Assembly: GCA_047495785.1 (NCBI GenBank)
Contig: JBLDXI010000029.1
Location: 2,108,001-2,172,000, forward strand
DNA length: 64,000 nucleotides
Reading direction: 5' to 3'
Origin: Lepidodermella squamata
Taxonomy: Eukaryota; Animalia; Gastrotricha
Shown here: in pieces, positions 60,345-64,000 of the stretch
Layout: every line of letters starts with the position of its first letter
How positions within the stretch are numbered: the first letter of the stretch is position 1
The notes under the pieces: model-generated
The model's database searches: none
Told to the model about the DNA's origin: nothing
Seen by the model: only the letters and a program-made list of their open reading frames with translations
Translations under genes and position numbers: made by a program

Positions 60345-62800
60345 TTACTCAACGACGCGCGAACGAAATGTTCTCCGAGAGGCAGGAGCAGGCGTGAGTG
60401 CGTTGAACAGCATTGAAGAATAACGATCGGGCTCCCCTTCGATTCTCACCTTTTTCGCTGCGATCATACCAGCCAGACTTATCAGGGAAATAAACTGACA
60501 ACCGAATGAAATTACAGCCCTCAAGAAGCGCTGGTCAAGGGTCTGTGAGATCAAAATCACAGCCCCTAGCGTTAAAAGTTGGCAGTAGAACGAAATCGCC
60601 ACTTGCCTCCGCGCATTATTACCAGACCGCTAGAAAAAACCCATCACTATTGATATAACAGAAAAACGGGTAACTATGAAGCACTTACCGATTTGAACGC
60701 GAGGAGAGCAGAGTAAATGAGTGCAAGCACCTGCAACAAGCAAGCCGTAGACAAGCAAGCGATTGAACCAGAACTGTCCAAGGCCATAGCGCATTCAAGG
60801 TAGTATGGCTTGATTACAACATTACCAGAGCTGTCCAAAGCAGGTAAATCCCTTCGCGAAACCTCCATCCGAATGGTGCCGAAAAGACCGGCGGCGAATG
60901 ATGCGTTCAACACCAACCAAATCAAGCCAGCCATGATTTCAATTTGTTTCGAACTCGATCTCCTAAATACGTGTAATTTCAACAAATGTCCGTAGGTTGT
61001 AGTTGCAAGGCCGATGAGAGCCATGATGTCGCCAGAAATATAACGATTACATAGGCTTTTTGAGTAGTAAACTGGCGTAGTCCAAGCTTGAGATATCAGA
61101 ATAGAATTACCCAGTAAAACAAAAATGTCACCACTACTGTAATTTTCCTGTTTCTTCAGGGTGTAAATTGTCGTGACGATCAAAAGTATCATCAGCAAAA
61201 CTGATAGCACCAACAAGGTGACTGCAACATCGATTTTCAGAACGTTCTCCTCGATTTCAATGTATATTGAAGAATCAGCCGGCGGATTACCATCAAATGT
61301 TCGCCAATGCAACTTTTCGCGGTAGAAGCGGAATGGTTTGCCACTCCGTTCTTCCGTAGATTTGAAAAGCGCAACCACACGTGATGTTACTTGAAGATTC
61401 CCATCCACATCATATTGCGTGAAGGTTATTGGTTTGTATCCCAGCGAATTGACAGTTGTACTTCGTTCGAATTGATACTCGCCCTTAAGACCTCTTACCA
61501 AAGGCAGGGAATACAACGCGTTTTCAATCGTTGCTAAATTGATATTCCTGAGACCCAAAGTTACGTTCTGCTGCTTACGTTGTGTATTGATACGATTGAC
61601 CAGAATCCCAGCAAACAGAGCTAGATCGTAGCCAAGTGGGCCATAAGCTGGCCAGAGAAAAGTGTCCTTGAGATTTGTGACTCTCCTATTCATTTCTACC
61701 GTGAATTCAGCACTACCAAGTCCAGTATAGTCCTTCATTTCATCAAATTGATCGATAAAAGGTTCATCGCCAAAGGTCATAGCACTCCGCATGATCTCAG
61801 CAAGCATTTCCTTGGTACACCAGTGCTTTATGTAGTCCGGGATTCGAGAGTTAGGATACGGAGCTGCCCACGACATGAAGAACATGACGTACTTGGGCCC
61901 GTATAATCCGAATTTGTATGCCCAGCATGCGCACGCCACGCCCGAGTCGCTGTTGAATAGAATCACGCGCGGGTCACGTCTCGCCATCTCCGCGAAGTTC
62001 TTCTCCATTTCCTCGGCATCTGAAGTGAAGTAAGTCATCTTCCCATACCACGCAACGGTCACGTTTCGTGACTCGAGCATGCGGATCATTAGGGATTCGG
62101 TCGCTGTAAAATACTCGATCATATCTCCGAGGACAGCAACTCTTTTCCAGTTCATGGAGACCATGAAAGACGCTAGAGCCTCATGTCCGATACCGGCCCT
62201 GTCGCCGAGTGAAAAGAAGGAATTGTATCGCTGCCTGTTATGATAAAGCTGCGGTGAGAGCGGGATCATTAGAAGCTGTAATGTTGAAACCCGAAGAATT
62301 GCAAAAATTTCTGGCTGATACTAACTTACACTAGCTACGCCATAATGACCAAGGGATTCACCAACTGCGAGTTGCGAGATTGTTGAACATCCAGGATTGA
62401 GGAAAATCGGCAGTCTAGCTTCATCGCTCTCATGAACGAATTTAGGCATAATATACTTTATCATCAAATCGTCACTGCATTCGTCATCAATCAGTTCCAC
62501 GGCTAGTTCGAAACCGGGCAGGAAATCTCCTGAAGTAAACAGCCGATCTAATGCTACTTCAATCGATTTGGTCATTAGGGCACCGGCTGGGATGATAGGA
62601 CCTCCGTAGTTGAGCGACATTGGAATGGTCAACACCTTATCTCGAGTAGGATCAGTGCCGAAATTTCGTCTAACTGCAAAACGAGGCATGGGGTCTGCAA
62701 GTGATACTGGTTGAACGTGTGATTGGAGCAGGATTTCTTCAATTTTCGCAGAATGAACTGACAAAACATTTATCATAAAAAATATCCGAGTTGATATCAT
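60345..62800 (-). CDS. Divergent GABA-B-like class C GPCR (3 exons), paralog of 54870-57341
   Basis: Same exon structure and long shared blocks (LGDRAGIGHEAL, PDYIKHWCT, GLKGEYQFE). Confidence 0.8.
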
Positions 62801-63198
62801 CGCTACTTCGTATTTATATAAGAAGACACCTAAGTGAGTCCGAATCACTTTTTTGTCACTATCTATCTCAGACCTTCTGTTGGACAGCTGATCTACGTGA
62901 CTTTAATAGTAAACATCCGATCGCTCAAGGCGTTTTTTTGCTCAGCTGATCAGCCTCTAATTCGGCTAATCATTGACGCTCATGTCCATGCAATCGCATT
63001 GCAGAAAAATGAAGGTTAAATCCTTTAAAGGGTTTTAACAGAATAATTGAACCTTGTAAGTCGTGTAATCAAATGAGATATTTACAAAATAAACAATTTT
63101 GGTGTCACAGAAAGCTCGTGCCATTTGGCACACGTGTTTCTTGTTCTAGCTACTTTTAAATTATTAACGTAAATTAATTCAGCCATCAAACAGAACAA

Positions 63199-64000
63199 AT
63201 GACTTTACGTAGTTTTATTGTTTTAACAGCGTTGTTGATCTGTTGTTGTTCAGCCTCGATTGAAAATGACGAAGATTACCCGACTGTGAACGAGGACCAC
63301 CACACTGAGGAGGTTTATTCAATAAACACTTCATTTGGGGTTGTTATTTTATTTTCAATTTTAGCGTTTTCAAAGCAGCAAAACCTATCATGACGAAGAT
63401 TACCCAATCGACGGAACTGGAGATAAAGCAAGGTCAGGCGAACAGTTTGAGACTTATGGAGGCGATGATGGGAACGGAGCTGCTCAAGAAGTCGAAGATG
63501 CCGAATCTCAGCGAGCTGAAATAGCAGAAATTTACCAAGAAATCGACGATCTGTTACAAGACGTCAGTGGATTTCAATAAGCTTATTTCAAATCTTATCT
63601 TGATTCTTGATCCATACTAGGACACGGATGATACCGCAGTCGAGGAGAGGTTTCAAGGTTTTGGCGATGAAGATGAAGACGATGAAGAAAGGATGTTCAA
63701 GCAACCAGTCGAGACTGCTGGTTGTGGCGTTCGATACACTGTCGACCAAGCTAGAGCCCTTCTCAACAAAATCAGAGCTGATATGGGCCAGAAGGTCGAT
63801 GGCGAGATACTCGCTGGCGAAAAGGCCAGCAAATGGAATCTGCCTATTCATTACACCTTCGACCCAGCTATTCGTAAGTTACACTGTTACAGTTCCAATA
63901 AAGACATCATTTGAATACTCTATTTAGCTGAAAATGTTCGTGGTCTTATTCGAAATGCCACGCGAGAATGGGAACGGCTGACATGTATCCGGTTTGAGGA
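63199..64000 (+). CDS. Secreted astacin (M12A) metalloprotease, 5' part; runs off the window
   Basis: Signal peptide and acidic propeptide, then KWNLPIHYTFD...IRNATREWERLTCIRFE, typical of the start of an astacin domain. The HEXXH motif lies beyond the window. Confidence 0.7.

Overview
This is compact, intron-rich animal (invertebrate) genomic DNA: spliceosomal introns are mostly 44-60 nt, and the species cannot be determined from the sequence. The window is dominated by divergent receptor genes. The main feature is a head-to-tail cluster of seven orphan pentameric Cys-loop channel genes (16044-32848) in two subunit classes. All seven lack the acetylcholine aromatic box and carry an E at -1' of the pore. 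All seven also share a post-M4 extracellular domain I do not recognise (F-x9-P-x6-C-x2-C...C) and a matching extra loop-F cysteine. Other receptor genes: two atypical Cys-loop genes (C-x14-C loop, PDR filter), a soluble AChBP-like pseudogene, and four GABA-B-like class C GPCRs, one split by an apparently intact Mutator (FLYWCH-MULE) transposon. Also present: three carbohydrate sulfotransferases, a fucosyltransferase-like gene, two recently duplicated HSP20 genes with long N-termini, a secreted Ser/Lys/Gly-rich cationic protein, a GPI-anchored beta-propeller, a partial astacin, tRNA-Thr(CGT), a 5'-truncated RTE-type LINE and many MITE/foldback elements. Exon structures were reconstructed by eye from GT/AG sites and paralog alignment; no database searches were run.
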